DNA from: Candidatus Latescibacterota bacterium
Lineage (GTDB): Bacteria; Latescibacterota; UBA2968; UBA8231
Assembly: GCA_965206595.1 (NCBI GenBank)
Contig: OZ242214.1
Coordinates: 5,824,001 to 5,888,000 of the forward strand
Length of the DNA stretch: 64,000 nucleotides
Direction: 5' to 3'
Made by a program: the position numbers and the translations under genes. The notes beneath the pieces are model-generated. The model was not told the origin of the DNA. It searched no databases and saw nothing but the letters and a program-made list of their open reading frames with translations. Positions 1 through 9,422 of the stretch are shown piece by piece; position 1 is the first letter of the stretch, and the number at the start of each line of letters is the position of its first letter.

Positions 1-1
1 G

Positions 2-406
2 GACCGCTTCCACGACCTCCTCGAACAGTCCGACGTCGTCGCCGTCTGCGCCCCTCTCACGCCTGAAACCGAGGGCATGTTCGACCGCGACGCCTTTCAA
101 CGCATGCGGCGCAGCGCCATCCTGGTGAACGTGACGCGCGGCGGGATCATGGATGGTCCGGCGCTGATCGCGGCGTTGGAGCAGGGGTGGATCGGCGGCG
201 CCGGGCTGGACGTCACCCCGGAAGAGCCATTGCCGAAGGACAACCCGCTGTGGCAGATGAAGAACGTCGTCATCACCCCGCATACCGCCGGGGCTTCCCC
301 CAACCGCGACCGGCGCGCCGTCGAGCAGTTCTGCGAGAACCTGCGCCGCTACATCTCCGGGGAGAGGCCGCTGATCGGCGAGATCGACAAGGGCAAGGGG
401 TACTGA
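2..406 (+). CDS. D-2-hydroxyacid dehydrogenase family protein (C-terminal part, 5' truncated by window)
   Basis: Frame open from nt 2 (DRFHDLLEQSDVVAVCAPLTPETEGM...); motifs LVNVTRG, AGLDVTPEEP and ITPHTAG are typical of the family. Confidence 0.9.
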   Translation, partial: DRFHDLLEQSDVVAVCAPLTPETEGMFDRDAFQRMRRSAILVNVTRGGIMDGPALIAALEQGWIGGAGLDVTPEEPLPKDNPLWQMKNVVITPHTAGASPNRDRRAVEQFCENLRRYISGERPLIGEIDKGKGY

Positions 407-410
407 AGGC

Positions 411-1256
411 ATGGTGCCAACCGTCGGCATCTCGAGCCCTGGGGAAATGGGCCACGCCGTCGCCAGGGTCCTGGTCGACCGCGGCCTGCCGGTGATCGCC
501 TGCCTCGAGGGCCGCAGCGAACGCTCGTGCGGGCGCGCCGCTTCAGCCGGCATCGAGGCGGTTCCCACCCTCGCCGAGGTCGCGCTGCGGGCGGGCATCT
601 TCCTGTCGATCCTGCCCCCGGCGCACGCCCACGGGATGGCGCGGCAGGTCGCCGCAACCGGCGAGACGACGACCTACGTCGACTGCAACGCCGTCTCCCC
701 GGCGACCGCGGTCGCCATAAGCGCCACCGCCGCGGCCGCGGGCCTCCCCTTCGTAGACGCCGGTATCGTCGGCCCCCCGCCCCTGAAGGAAGGAGTCACC
801 CGCTTCTACGCCTCCGGCGAGGCCGTCAACGAGTTCGCGGCGCTGTCGCGGTACGGCCTCGACATCCGCGTGGTCGGCCGCGAGATCGGCCAGGCCTCCG
901 GCCTCAAGATGTGCTACGCCGCCCAGACGAAGGGGCGCTACGCGATCTTCATCGAGTCCCTGGTGGCCGCCCATCGCCTCGGCTGTTTCGAGCTGCTCGT
1001 CGAAGAGCTCAAGTCGAGCCAGGCGGCGACCTGGGCCGACACCGGGAAGGCGGTCCCGAACATCCCTCCGAAAGCGGGCCGCTGGATCGCCGAAATGGAG
1101 GAGATCGCCGCCACCTTCTCAGGGGCCGGCATGACCGAACGGATCTTCCTCGGCGTCGCCGACATGTACCGCGCCGTCGACGGGGCCGGTCCGGACGGCC
1201 TCGACGGACTCGAGATCGAGAAGTTGATCGCGCGGCTCGCACGCGACATGCAGTGA
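411..1256 (+). CDS. NAD(P)-dependent oxidoreductase, 3-hydroxyisobutyrate/6-phosphogluconate dehydrogenase-like (DUF1932-type C-terminus)
   Basis: SPGEMG Rossmann start, YVDCNAVSP, ASGLKMCYA, KAGRWIAEMEEIA. Confidence 0.8.
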   Translation: MVPTVGISSPGEMGHAVARVLVDRGLPVIACLEGRSERSCGRAASAGIEAVPTLAEVALRAGIFLSILPPAHAHGMARQVAATGETTTYVDCNAVSPATAVAISATAAAAGLPFVDAGIVGPPPLKEGVTRFYASGEAVNEFAALSRYGLDIRVVGREIGQASGLKMCYAAQTKGRYAIFIESLVAAHRLGCFELLVEELKSSQAATWADTGKAVPNIPPKAGRWIAEMEEIAATFSGAGMTERIFLGVADMYRAVDGAGPDGLDGLEIEKLIARLARDMQ

Positions 1257-1335
1257 CAGTGGGGGGGCCGACTCGCGGGCGGATTTTCGCGGGGCGCTCG
1301 CCCCGCGGCGATTCCTCGCGCAAGGGAGGTGAGTG

Positions 1336-2241
1336 GTGAACCGGTTGGCGCTTCTGTCCGAGACGAAGTGGTGGGCCCAGCTGCTGATCCTGCCCAGCCT
1401 CCTCCTGCTGTTCGCCATCCTGATCTATCCGATAGGCTCGGGGATTCTCCTCAGCTTCAAGGAGATGAGGCTGACGCGGCCGGACCTCGGGGTCCCCTTC
1501 GTCGGCCTGCGGCATTACCTCGAGCTGGCCGGCGATCCGGTGTTCCGCGTATCCGCTTTCAACACCCTCGTCTGGGTCGTCGCCGGAACCGCCACCCAGC
1601 TCGCTCTCGGCATGGTCACCGCCCTGGGGCTGAACCGCGGTCTGCGGCGGGCGCTGCCCGGGATGCGGTTGGCCCGCGTGGCCGTGCTGCTGCCCTGGGT
1701 CATGCCTTCGGTGGTGGCCGGACACATGTGGGCCCTGATGCTCGATTCCAGGTTGGGGGTGATCAACGATCTGCTGGTGCGCCTCGGCTTCCTCACCAGT
1801 TACCATCCCTTTTTCGCCGATCCCGACACGGCGCTGCCGGCGGTACTGGCCGTCGCTCTGTGGGGATCCTTTCCGTTTTTCACCCTCTTCTTCCTGGCGG
1901 GTCTCCAGGGCATCCCCGACGAGCTGTACGAGGCGGCCGATGTCGACGGCGCCGGCCTGTGGCTCCAGTTCCGCACCATCACCCTTCCCCTGCTGATGCC
2001 CATCATCGTGGCCACCGTCGTGCTCCGGGTCATCGGCATGGTAAACGCCCCCGACCTGCTGGTCGTGCTGACCGGCGGCGGACCCGGCCACGCGACCCAG
2101 GTGCTGTCTCTCTACGCCTTCCAGAAGGCCTACGCCGAGTTCGATTTCGGCTACGCGGCCGCCCTGTCGGTGGTGATGCTCCTGATGCTGATGGCCTTCA
2201 CCGTCGTCTACGTGCGCGTCTCGGGGGTGATGGAGGAATAG
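1336..2241 (+). CDS. Carbohydrate ABC transporter permease (MalF-like)
   Basis: Hydrophobic helices, EAA motif ELYEAADVDGAG, FDFGYAAALS; GGGAGG RBS before GTG. Confidence 0.93.
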   Translation: MNRLALLSETKWWAQLLILPSLLLLFAILIYPIGSGILLSFKEMRLTRPDLGVPFVGLRHYLELAGDPVFRVSAFNTLVWVVAGTATQLALGMVTALGLNRGLRRALPGMRLARVAVLLPWVMPSVVAGHMWALMLDSRLGVINDLLVRLGFLTSYHPFFADPDTALPAVLAVALWGSFPFFTLFFLAGLQGIPDELYEAADVDGAGLWLQFRTITLPLLMPIIVATVVLRVIGMVNAPDLLVVLTGGGPGHATQVLSLYAFQKAYAEFDFGYAAALSVVMLLMLMAFTVVYVRVSGVMEE

Positions 2242-3089
2242 TGCCGTTCCGCTCCCGGAAGCGCACCGACAGGGCCCTCGATCTGCTGACCATGCTGCTG
2301 ATCGCCGGGACGGTCCTGTTCTCGCTCTTTCCGCTCGCCTGGACCTTCCTGACCTCCCTGAAGCGCGAGGAGGACATCGTCACCCGCGTCCTCCAGTACG
2401 TGCCGCGGCGCATCACCTTCGACAACTACGCGACCTTGTGGCGGCAATCCGACTTTCCCACGCTCGTCGCCAACAGCGCCGTGGTCACGTCGATCACCTG
2501 CCTGATCTGCCTCGCCGTCGGCACCCTGGCGGCCTACAGCTTCTCGCGCTATCGCTTCCGGGGGCGCGCTCGCCTGCTGATCTTCTACCTGGTGGTCCGG
2601 ATGTTCCCGGTCGTGCTGCTGATCATCCCGATGTTCGTGATGATGCGGGACCTGGGACTGCTCGATTCCCGCTTCGGCCTGGCGCTCGCCTACACCGCCT
2701 TCCTGGTACCGCTGTGCATCTGGATGCTGAAGGGCTTTTTCGACGCGATACCGGGTGAGCTCGAGGACGCCGCCCGCATCGACGGCTGCACCCGCCTGGG
2801 GGCCCTGTGGCGCATCGTGCTGCCGCTCGCCCGCCCCGGCCTGGCGACGACGGCGGTGTTCATAGCCATCGCCGCATGGAACGAGTTCCTGTTCGCCATG
2901 ATGATGACGACGAGCCAGGGCTCGCGCACCTGGCCGGTCGGGCTGCAGCTGATGGTGGGCGAGTTCCAGCTGCCGTGGGGGCCGCTGAGCGCCGGAGGGG
3001 TCATCACCGTCGTCCCCATCGTGCTGTTCTTCGCGATCGTGCAGCGATCGCTGATTCGCGGCCTCACCTCGGGGGCCGTCAAAGGATAG
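2241..3089 (+). CDS. Carbohydrate ABC transporter permease (MalG-like)
   Basis: GTG overlaps previous TAG; ELEDAARIDG EAA motif, AWNEFLFA, GLTSGAVKG end. Confidence 0.93.
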   Translation: MPFRSRKRTDRALDLLTMLLIAGTVLFSLFPLAWTFLTSLKREEDIVTRVLQYVPRRITFDNYATLWRQSDFPTLVANSAVVTSITCLICLAVGTLAAYSFSRYRFRGRARLLIFYLVVRMFPVVLLIIPMFVMMRDLGLLDSRFGLALAYTAFLVPLCIWMLKGFFDAIPGELEDAARIDGCTRLGALWRIVLPLARPGLATTAVFIAIAAWNEFLFAMMMTTSQGSRTWPVGLQLMVGEFQLPWGPLSAGGVITVVPIVLFFAIVQRSLIRGLTSGAVKG

Positions 3090-3096
3090 GAGAGAG

Positions 3097-4368
3097 ATGT
3101 CCGGTTTCGAGCGCGGCTGGAACCGCCGCGAATTCATCAGGACGACCGCCCTGTCGAGCGCGGGCCTGGGACTGGCCGCCTGCGGCGGAGACGGCGGGCA
3201 GGGACTCTCCGGTGCGCGCATCAACTACTGGCACCACTTCACGAACCAGACCGAGATGAAGGGTCTGCGGGAAGTGATGGCGATGTTCTCGGGCGGGCAC
3301 CCCGGCATCGAGCTCGTGCAGGAGAACATTCCCAACAAGGACTTCATGGCGAAGTTCACCGCCGCGGTGCAGGCCGGCACGCGTCCGCACACGACGATGG
3401 TGACCAGCGACCGGCTGGGAAACATGGTGGCCATGGGGGGTCTCGTCGACCTGGCCGAGCGCGTCGGCCGCTGGGAGCTGAAAGCGCACTTTCCCGAGGA
3501 CCGCTGGGCGGGGGTGTCGGTCGACGACGCCATATACGGCGTGCCGGCCTTCGCCTTCGTCGACTGGATGTACTACCGCAAGGACTGGTTCGAAGAGGCC
3601 GGGATCGCCGGACCGCCGGCGACGCTGGAGGAGTTTCAGGAAGCGGCCATCAAGCTGACCGACCCGGCGCGGGGGCGGTACGGCTTCGGCATGCGCGCCG
3701 GGGACGGCGGCCACAACCACGTCATCGACGTGATCGAGGCGTTCGGGTCGCCGATCGTGGCCGGGGGAAAACCGGCTATCGACGCGGCCAGGGCAGCCGA
3801 TGCCCTGCGCTTCTACTCCGAGCTCTACACCACTCACAAGGTGGTGCCGCCGAGCGCCCCGAACGACAGCTACCGCCAGATCATGGAGGCGTTTCGCACC
3901 GGCCAGACCGGGATGCTGTGGCACGGCACCGGATCGCTCACCGAGGTGCAGCGCTCGTTGGGGCCGGAGCAGTTCATGACCGCCCTGAAACCGGCCGGTC
4001 CGGAGGCCCTGGTCACGCGCCTCGGATACCTGTACAACGGGCTGATGAAGGAGGAGGACGCCGAAGCCTCCTGGGACTGGGTGAGCTACTGGGGGCAGAT
4101 CGATCCCACCGTGAGGTTCATGGAGATCACCGGGTACTTTCCCGCATCGGCGCAGGTGGCCGCCGACCCGCGCGTCACGGCCAACCCGTATTTCGCCGTC
4201 GCCATTGAAGCGGTGAAACGGGGCAGGTTGCCGCTGCAGTTCGTCGGCGCCGAGGCTTGGGGCCGGCATACGGTCCTGCCCGCGTTTCAGAAGATCCTCA
4301 CCGGGGAATCGACCCCCGAACAGGCGGTGGACGAGATGGCGGAAGGGCTGGACCGGATTCTCAGTTGA
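3097..4368 (+). CDS. Sugar ABC transporter substrate-binding lipoprotein (Tat signal)
   Basis: NRREFI twin-arginine and LAAC lipobox; YYRKDWFEEAGI, PATLEEF motifs of family 1 solute-binding proteins. Confidence 0.92.
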   Translation: MSGFERGWNRREFIRTTALSSAGLGLAACGGDGGQGLSGARINYWHHFTNQTEMKGLREVMAMFSGGHPGIELVQENIPNKDFMAKFTAAVQAGTRPHTTMVTSDRLGNMVAMGGLVDLAERVGRWELKAHFPEDRWAGVSVDDAIYGVPAFAFVDWMYYRKDWFEEAGIAGPPATLEEFQEAAIKLTDPARGRYGFGMRAGDGGHNHVIDVIEAFGSPIVAGGKPAIDAARAADALRFYSELYTTHKVVPPSAPNDSYRQIMEAFRTGQTGMLWHGTGSLTEVQRSLGPEQFMTALKPAGPEALVTRLGYLYNGLMKEEDAEASWDWVSYWGQIDPTVRFMEITGYFPASAQVAADPRVTANPYFAVAIEAVKRGRLPLQFVGAEAWGRHTVLPAFQKILTGESTPEQAVDEMAEGLDRILS

Positions 4369-5374
4369 GGCCGGAGCCCTGATCCGCAAGCACCACCTCC
4401 CTGCCGCTGCGGGACGACTCCATGCAGGCGGTCATCACCGCCACCAGGTGGCGGGCGTAGTCGGCGGTCACCGGCGGCTCGGTTCCCGCGTCGACCGCGG
4501 CGACGAACTCCTGCAGCTGCCGCGTCATCATGTCGTGGGTCCCGGTGACTTCAACCTTCTCCCAGTCCCCGCTCCCGTCCCTGCCGATGAAGAGGTCGTC
4601 GTTCCCGGACTCGATTCCGTTGCGCAGCTGAATCATCCCCCCGGTGCACACGAGCTCGGTGCTGAAGCGCCGTCCGCCGGTCTTCCACCACACGTGAATC
4701 AGCGTCGAGTACACGCCGTTCTCGAACTGCAGCAGGGCCATCGCCACGTCGTCCGCGGAGAATTCGAAGAAGCGGCTGTCGACCAGCGCCTTGACGGCGG
4801 CGACGCGGCTGCCCGTCCACCAGCAGGAGCGGTCGATCAGGTGGACGCCGTTCTGGTACCACAGTCCGCCGTGGGTCGCCTTGTCGAGGTACCAGGGCTG
4901 CCTGTCGGGATTGTACGGCCGGTAACCCTCGTCGCAGAGGCAGACGAGGTCTCCGAGGTCGCGCTCTTCCAGGAGTTTTTTGACGACCGTGTTCGCGGGA
5001 TGGAAGCGGTGCATATGGCCGACGGAGAGCTGTTTCCCGGCCGTATGCGCGGCTGCGATCATGGCGTCGCACTGCTCGACGCTGACCGCCATCGGCTTTT
5101 CGACGAGGACGTCCTTGCCGGCCTCCAGGGCGGCGACCGTGGCTTCGCAGTGCAGGCCGTGGGGAAGGCAGACGATGGCGATGTCGACGTCGCCGCAGGC
5201 GAGCAGGTCTCCGTAGTCGGCATACCCCCGGCAGCCGTGCGCATTGCAGGCCCCCGCCAGGCGTCCCGCGTCGGTGTCGGCGGCCGCCACCAACCGCGTG
5301 GACTCGAGAGCCGTGGCGGCCCGCATGTGGGCCTGGGCTATGCTGCCTGCCCCGATGATTCCGATTCCGTGCAT
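4361..5374 (-). CDS. Gfo/Idh/MocA family oxidoreductase
   Basis: GIIGAGSIA, VLVEKPMA, NGVHLID; ATG at 5374 with GGGAGG RBS. Confidence 0.92.
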   Translation of the reverse strand: MHGIGIIGAGSIAQAHMRAATALESTRLVAAADTDAGRLAGACNAHGCRGYADYGDLLACGDVDIAIVCLPHGLHCEATVAALEAGKDVLVEKPMAVSVEQCDAMIAAAHTAGKQLSVGHMHRFHPANTVVKKLLEERDLGDLVCLCDEGYRPYNPDRQPWYLDKATHGGLWYQNGVHLIDRSCWWTGSRVAAVKALVDSRFFEFSADDVAMALLQFENGVYSTLIHVWWKTGGRRFSTELVCTGGMIQLRNGIESGNDDLFIGRDGSGDWEKVEVTGTHDMMTRQLQEFVAAVDAGTEPPVTADYARHLVAVMTACMESSRSGREVVLADQGSGLN

Positions 5375-5699
5375 TCCGATCCTCCCGTTGGAGTTGTCAC
5401 CAGCCCGTTGCCAACGTAACCCCGCACGCTTCCGCCCTTCAAGCGTTCGGGCCGGGGCAAGTTCCATTCCGGCTGCACCGTTCGGGCTGCCGGCCTTCGA
5501 CGGCGGTTGCCCCGCCCAGGCGGCAAGGCGACTTTCCCGGCGTTCTTCAGGGACAACGTCGGTACCGGTGCATCCGGCGCGACGGAACCTGCGGTGCGTC
5601 CGGTTCGGGGGCCGCCTCCATGAATCCGGCCTGCGCCAATCTCATCCTGCGCCAGGAGCATCGGCGACCTCGTTCACCCATCCAGCAGACAGGTCGAAC

Positions 5700-6530
5700 A
5701 TGAGCCAACCCACCTCGCAATCCCCCCTCGGCGGCCAGGTCGCCGTCGTCACCGGAGCCGCCCAGGGCCTGGGCCTGGCAACCAGTCAACGCCTCGCAGG
5801 GGACGGAGCCCACGTGGTCCTCGCCGACCTGCAGCTCGACAGGGCGGAAACCGAAGCGGCGCAGCTGCGCTCCTGCGGCCTCGCCGCCAGCGGCGCCGAG
5901 CTCGACGTCGCCGACAGCGCCGCGGTCGACGCCTTCTTCTCCGAAGTGCGCTCGCGGCACGGCCGCGTCGACATCCTCGCCAACAGCGCCGGCGTCGGGC
6001 AGAACGTCTGCCCGGTCAGCGAGCTCGGCGACGAAGAGTGGGACCGCGTCCTCCGGGTCACCCTGACCGGCACCTTCCACTGCTGCCGCGCCGCCGCCCG
6101 CATCATGGAGGAGCAGGAGTCGGGCAGCATCGTCAACTTCGCCTCGATCAACGGCCAGAACCCGGCCGCCCTGGTCAGCGCCTACAACGTCGCCAAGGCG
6201 GGGGTCATCAGCCTCACCCGGACCCTGGCGGTCGAGCTGGCCGCGTACGGGGTGCGCGTCAACGCGGTCGCTCCCGGGCCGGTGTACACCGCTTTCAACC
6301 AGCGCAACATGGCGATGCGCAGCAGCAGCCTGGGGATCTCGGAGGAGGAGATGATCGAGCGGGTGCGCCAGGCGATCCCGCTGGGGCGCTGGGGGGAGCC
6401 GCAGGATATCGCCCAGGCGGTGGCCTACCTATGCAGCCCCGACGCCGGCTGGATGACGGGCGAGGTCCTGCGCGTCAGCGGCGGTCTCGAAGGGGTGTCG
6501 GCGGCCCCCCCGAAGAGAGAGAAAGGGTGA
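5700..6530 (+). CDS. SDR family NAD(P)-dependent oxidoreductase
   Basis: TGAAQGLG, catalytic YNVAK, VRVNAVAPG. Confidence 0.93.
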   Translation: MSQPTSQSPLGGQVAVVTGAAQGLGLATSQRLAGDGAHVVLADLQLDRAETEAAQLRSCGLAASGAELDVADSAAVDAFFSEVRSRHGRVDILANSAGVGQNVCPVSELGDEEWDRVLRVTLTGTFHCCRAAARIMEEQESGSIVNFASINGQNPAALVSAYNVAKAGVISLTRTLAVELAAYGVRVNAVAPGPVYTAFNQRNMAMRSSSLGISEEEMIERVRQAIPLGRWGEPQDIAQAVAYLCSPDAGWMTGEVLRVSGGLEGVSAAPPKREKG

Positions 6531-6746
6531 GTGCGGAACCGTCCGGAGCCGGGGAATCTTCCGGATCGCGGGAACCAGCGCCGCGGTTCCATTCGTGGAG
6601 CCATCTCCGGTGTTCCGGGGGAGAAACCTGTCTCGCGGGGCTGCCTGGGCTCGCCGTGCATCCCCCGGGAGCTGCGGCGACGCCGATAACCCGGCGCTTC
6701 GCGGCTACGTGCCCGCGGCGGCTCGAGCGCCCCCGGCCTGGCCTGA

Positions 6747-9182
6747 ATGTCCCAGAGTGAACCAGCTCGCAGGCCCGTGAAGGAATCCTCGCCAGCTGCC
6801 GCCCGCGGCTTTCTCCTCCACGTCTTCCACCGCACCCAGGGGCCTGCCACCGTCCTCTTCGGAGTGGGCCGGCTCGAGTCCGGCGAGACCTTCGCTTTCG
6901 CCGACCACCGCGATCCGCCCGCCTTCTACGTGCGCGCCGGGGACGCCGCGGCTGCCCGCGTCTGCGCCGGCAGCGACGACACGGTCGAGCCCTGCGACTG
7001 GACGACGATGGACGGCGAGCCGGTGGTGCGGGTGCGCAGCCGCCGTCTCAACGGCCTGCGTCAGGTCGCCCGGCGCCTTCACCGGGAGGAAGTCCGCACC
7101 TACGAGGCGGACGTCGGCCTGGGGCGCCGCTACCTCGCCGACCGCGGCATCGCCGGGCCGGTGGAGATTTCGGGGACGTGGCGCCCCGGCACCGGGGTCG
7201 ACCGCGTGTACGTCGACCCGGAGCTCAAGCCCGGGGACTGGGTGCCGGAGCTTTCCGTGCTCGCCCTCGACATCGAGACCACCCCGGACGCCTCCGAGGT
7301 CCTGGCCGCCTCCCTGGTCGGCAGCGGAACAGCCGCCGGGGTGGAAGAGGTCCACATCGCCGGAGCCCCGGCCGCGGGGGATCCGGACTACCTGAGCTGT
7401 CACGACGGGGAGCGCGCCCTGCTGACCGCCCTCGGGGACCGCATCCGCGAGCTCGACCCCGACGTGCTGACCGGGTGGAACCTCGTCGACTTCGACCTCA
7501 CCGTGCTGCAGCGGCGCTTCCGCGCCCTGGCGCTTCCGTTCAACCTCGGGCGCAGCAGCGACTCCTCGTGGTACCAGGAGGGGGAGATCTGGGGCGGCAG
7601 CCGCATGGTCGTCCACGGCCGCCAGGTGCTCGACGCACTGCACTTGGTGCGGGGGACGCTGCAGCGCTTCGACGACTACCGCCTCGAAACCGTGGCGCGC
7701 CAGATCCTGGGGCGGGGCAAGCGGTTCGCGGCCGGCAGCGACGCCGGCGAGAGCATGCCGGAGGTCATCCTGCGGGCCTACCGCGAGGACCGGACCGCTT
7801 TCTGCGACTACTGCCTCGAGGACTCGCGGCTGGTGCGCGACATCCTCGAAGCGGAGGGGCTTATCGAGCTCACCCTGCGGCGCAGCGTCCTGACCGGGCT
7901 GCCGCTGGAGCGGGCCTGGGGTTCGGTGGCGGCGTTCGACTTCCTCTACATCAGCGAGCTGCACAAGCGCGGCAAGGTCGCCCCGACCAACGGCGTCGAC
8001 CGCGCCGATCTCGGAGGGGCTCCGGGCGGCCTGGTGATGCCGGCCTCCGCCGGCCTCTACCGCAACGTCTTCGTCTTCGATTTCAAGAGCCTGTACCCGA
8101 CGATCATCCGCACCTTCAACATCGATCCGCTAGCCCACATCGAGGCGCGCATCCGCGAAGGGGTTGCGGACGACGAGGTCATCACCGCTCCCAACGGGGC
8201 GCGCTTCGCGCGCGAGCCGGGAATACTGCCGCGGTTGCTCGAGCGCTTCTTCGAAAGCCGCGACCGCGCCAAGGCCGCCGGAGACGAGCTGGCGTCGTTC
8301 GCCTACAAGATCGTGATGAATTCCTTCTACGGAGTGCTGGCGGCCGAGTCCTGCCGGTTCGCCGAAGGGCAGCTCGCCGGCGCCATCACCGGGTTCGGGC
8401 ATTACTTCCTGCGCTGGACCCGGGACCTGCTGCAGGAGAACGGCTGCCGCGTCCTTTACGGCGACACCGACTCCGTCTTCGTCGACGCGGGCCTGCCGGA
8501 AGACATCGACCCTGCCGAGGGGATCGAGCGGGGCCGCGAGCTGTGCGCCTGCATCAACGGCCGCCTCGCCGAGCATATCGAGGCGGAGCACGGGGTGCGG
8601 TCGGTCCTCGATCTGGAGTTCGAGAAGCTCTACCTGCGCTTCTTCCTGCCGCCGGTCCGCGACGGCGGCGACCGTGGCCGCGCCAAGGGGTACGCCGGGG
8701 TGCGGGCCGGGAACTCGGGGGCCGAAGAGGTCGAGATCGTCGGCATGGAGGCGGTGCGCCGCGACTGGACCGACCTGGCGCGCAACCTGCAGCGCCGGCT
8801 GCTGGCGCTGCTGTTCGGCGACGCCCCGGGGGAGCAGATCGAGGCGGAGGTAGGGGAGTGGATCCGCTCCGTTCGGGCCGGAGAGCGGGACGGCGAGCTC
8901 GTCTACCGCAAAGCCCTGCGCAAACCGGTCGAGAGCTACACCAGCACGAGCCCGCCGCACGTGACCGCTGCCCGCATGCTGCCGAACCCTTCCGGACTGA
9001 TCCAGTACGTGATTACCCGGGACGGCCCGCAGCCGCTGGGGCGCGTCAGGGCGCCGCTGGACTACGAGCATTACGTCGAAAAGCAGGTCGCCCCGATCGC
9101 GCGCACCATCGGACAGGTGTGCGACCTCGATGTCGAGGCCGCGGTCACCGGCACGCAGGATCTGTTCCGGTCGCTGAGGTAG
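6747..9182 (+). CDS. polB: DNA polymerase II (family B)
   Basis: Exo motifs DIET, GWNLVDFD, YCLEDS; polymerase motifs DFKSLYPTII, KIVMNSFYG, YGDTDS; GMEAVRRDWT and DYEHYVEKQ as in bacterial Pol II; exact start uncertain. Confidence 0.93.
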   Translation: MSQSEPARRPVKESSPAAARGFLLHVFHRTQGPATVLFGVGRLESGETFAFADHRDPPAFYVRAGDAAAARVCAGSDDTVEPCDWTTMDGEPVVRVRSRRLNGLRQVARRLHREEVRTYEADVGLGRRYLADRGIAGPVEISGTWRPGTGVDRVYVDPELKPGDWVPELSVLALDIETTPDASEVLAASLVGSGTAAGVEEVHIAGAPAAGDPDYLSCHDGERALLTALGDRIRELDPDVLTGWNLVDFDLTVLQRRFRALALPFNLGRSSDSSWYQEGEIWGGSRMVVHGRQVLDALHLVRGTLQRFDDYRLETVARQILGRGKRFAAGSDAGESMPEVILRAYREDRTAFCDYCLEDSRLVRDILEAEGLIELTLRRSVLTGLPLERAWGSVAAFDFLYISELHKRGKVAPTNGVDRADLGGAPGGLVMPASAGLYRNVFVFDFKSLYPTIIRTFNIDPLAHIEARIREGVADDEVITAPNGARFAREPGILPRLLERFFESRDRAKAAGDELASFAYKIVMNSFYGVLAAESCRFAEGQLAGAITGFGHYFLRWTRDLLQENGCRVLYGDTDSVFVDAGLPEDIDPAEGIERGRELCACINGRLAEHIEAEHGVRSVLDLEFEKLYLRFFLPPVRDGGDRGRAKGYAGVRAGNSGAEEVEIVGMEAVRRDWTDLARNLQRRLLALLFGDAPGEQIEAEVGEWIRSVRAGERDGELVYRKALRKPVESYTSTSPPHVTAARMLPNPSGLIQYVITRDGPQPLGRVRAPLDYEHYVEKQVAPIARTIGQVCDLDVEAAVTGTQDLFRSLR

Positions 9183-9422
9183 CGGCCGTTTCCGGCATGC
9201 CCCCAGGCGGTGGCCGGCAACCGCCTCGCCGTGGCGCGCCCGGCCTTTACCACGGGGGCGGCCAGCCCGCTCCAGGCGGCGCGGATCTCCCGGTTCCCGG
9301 CGCGGCGATCCTCCAGGCCGGCCGGTGGCTTTTGTCCCCTTCCTGGCGGAACTCCGCGGCGACCACCGGCAAATCGGCGAAGGGGCCCTCGTTGCGGTAC
9401 ATCATCGTGCGGACGCCGCCAG

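Noticed and set aside
1288-1307. GC hairpin CGCGGGGC-GCTC-GCCCCGCG as terminator or REP element
   Set aside because: No U-tract on the sense strand and no further copy noticed in the window
6747-9182. Casposon, pipolin or prophage family B polymerase
   Set aside because: Motifs match cellular Pol II; no Cas1, integrase, terminal repeats or phage genes nearby
9247-9405. Small minus-strand ORF MMYRNEGPFADLPVVAAEFRQEG... after the MDR dehydrogenase
   Set aside because: No convincing RBS or recognisable family; could be a remnant but cannot be supported
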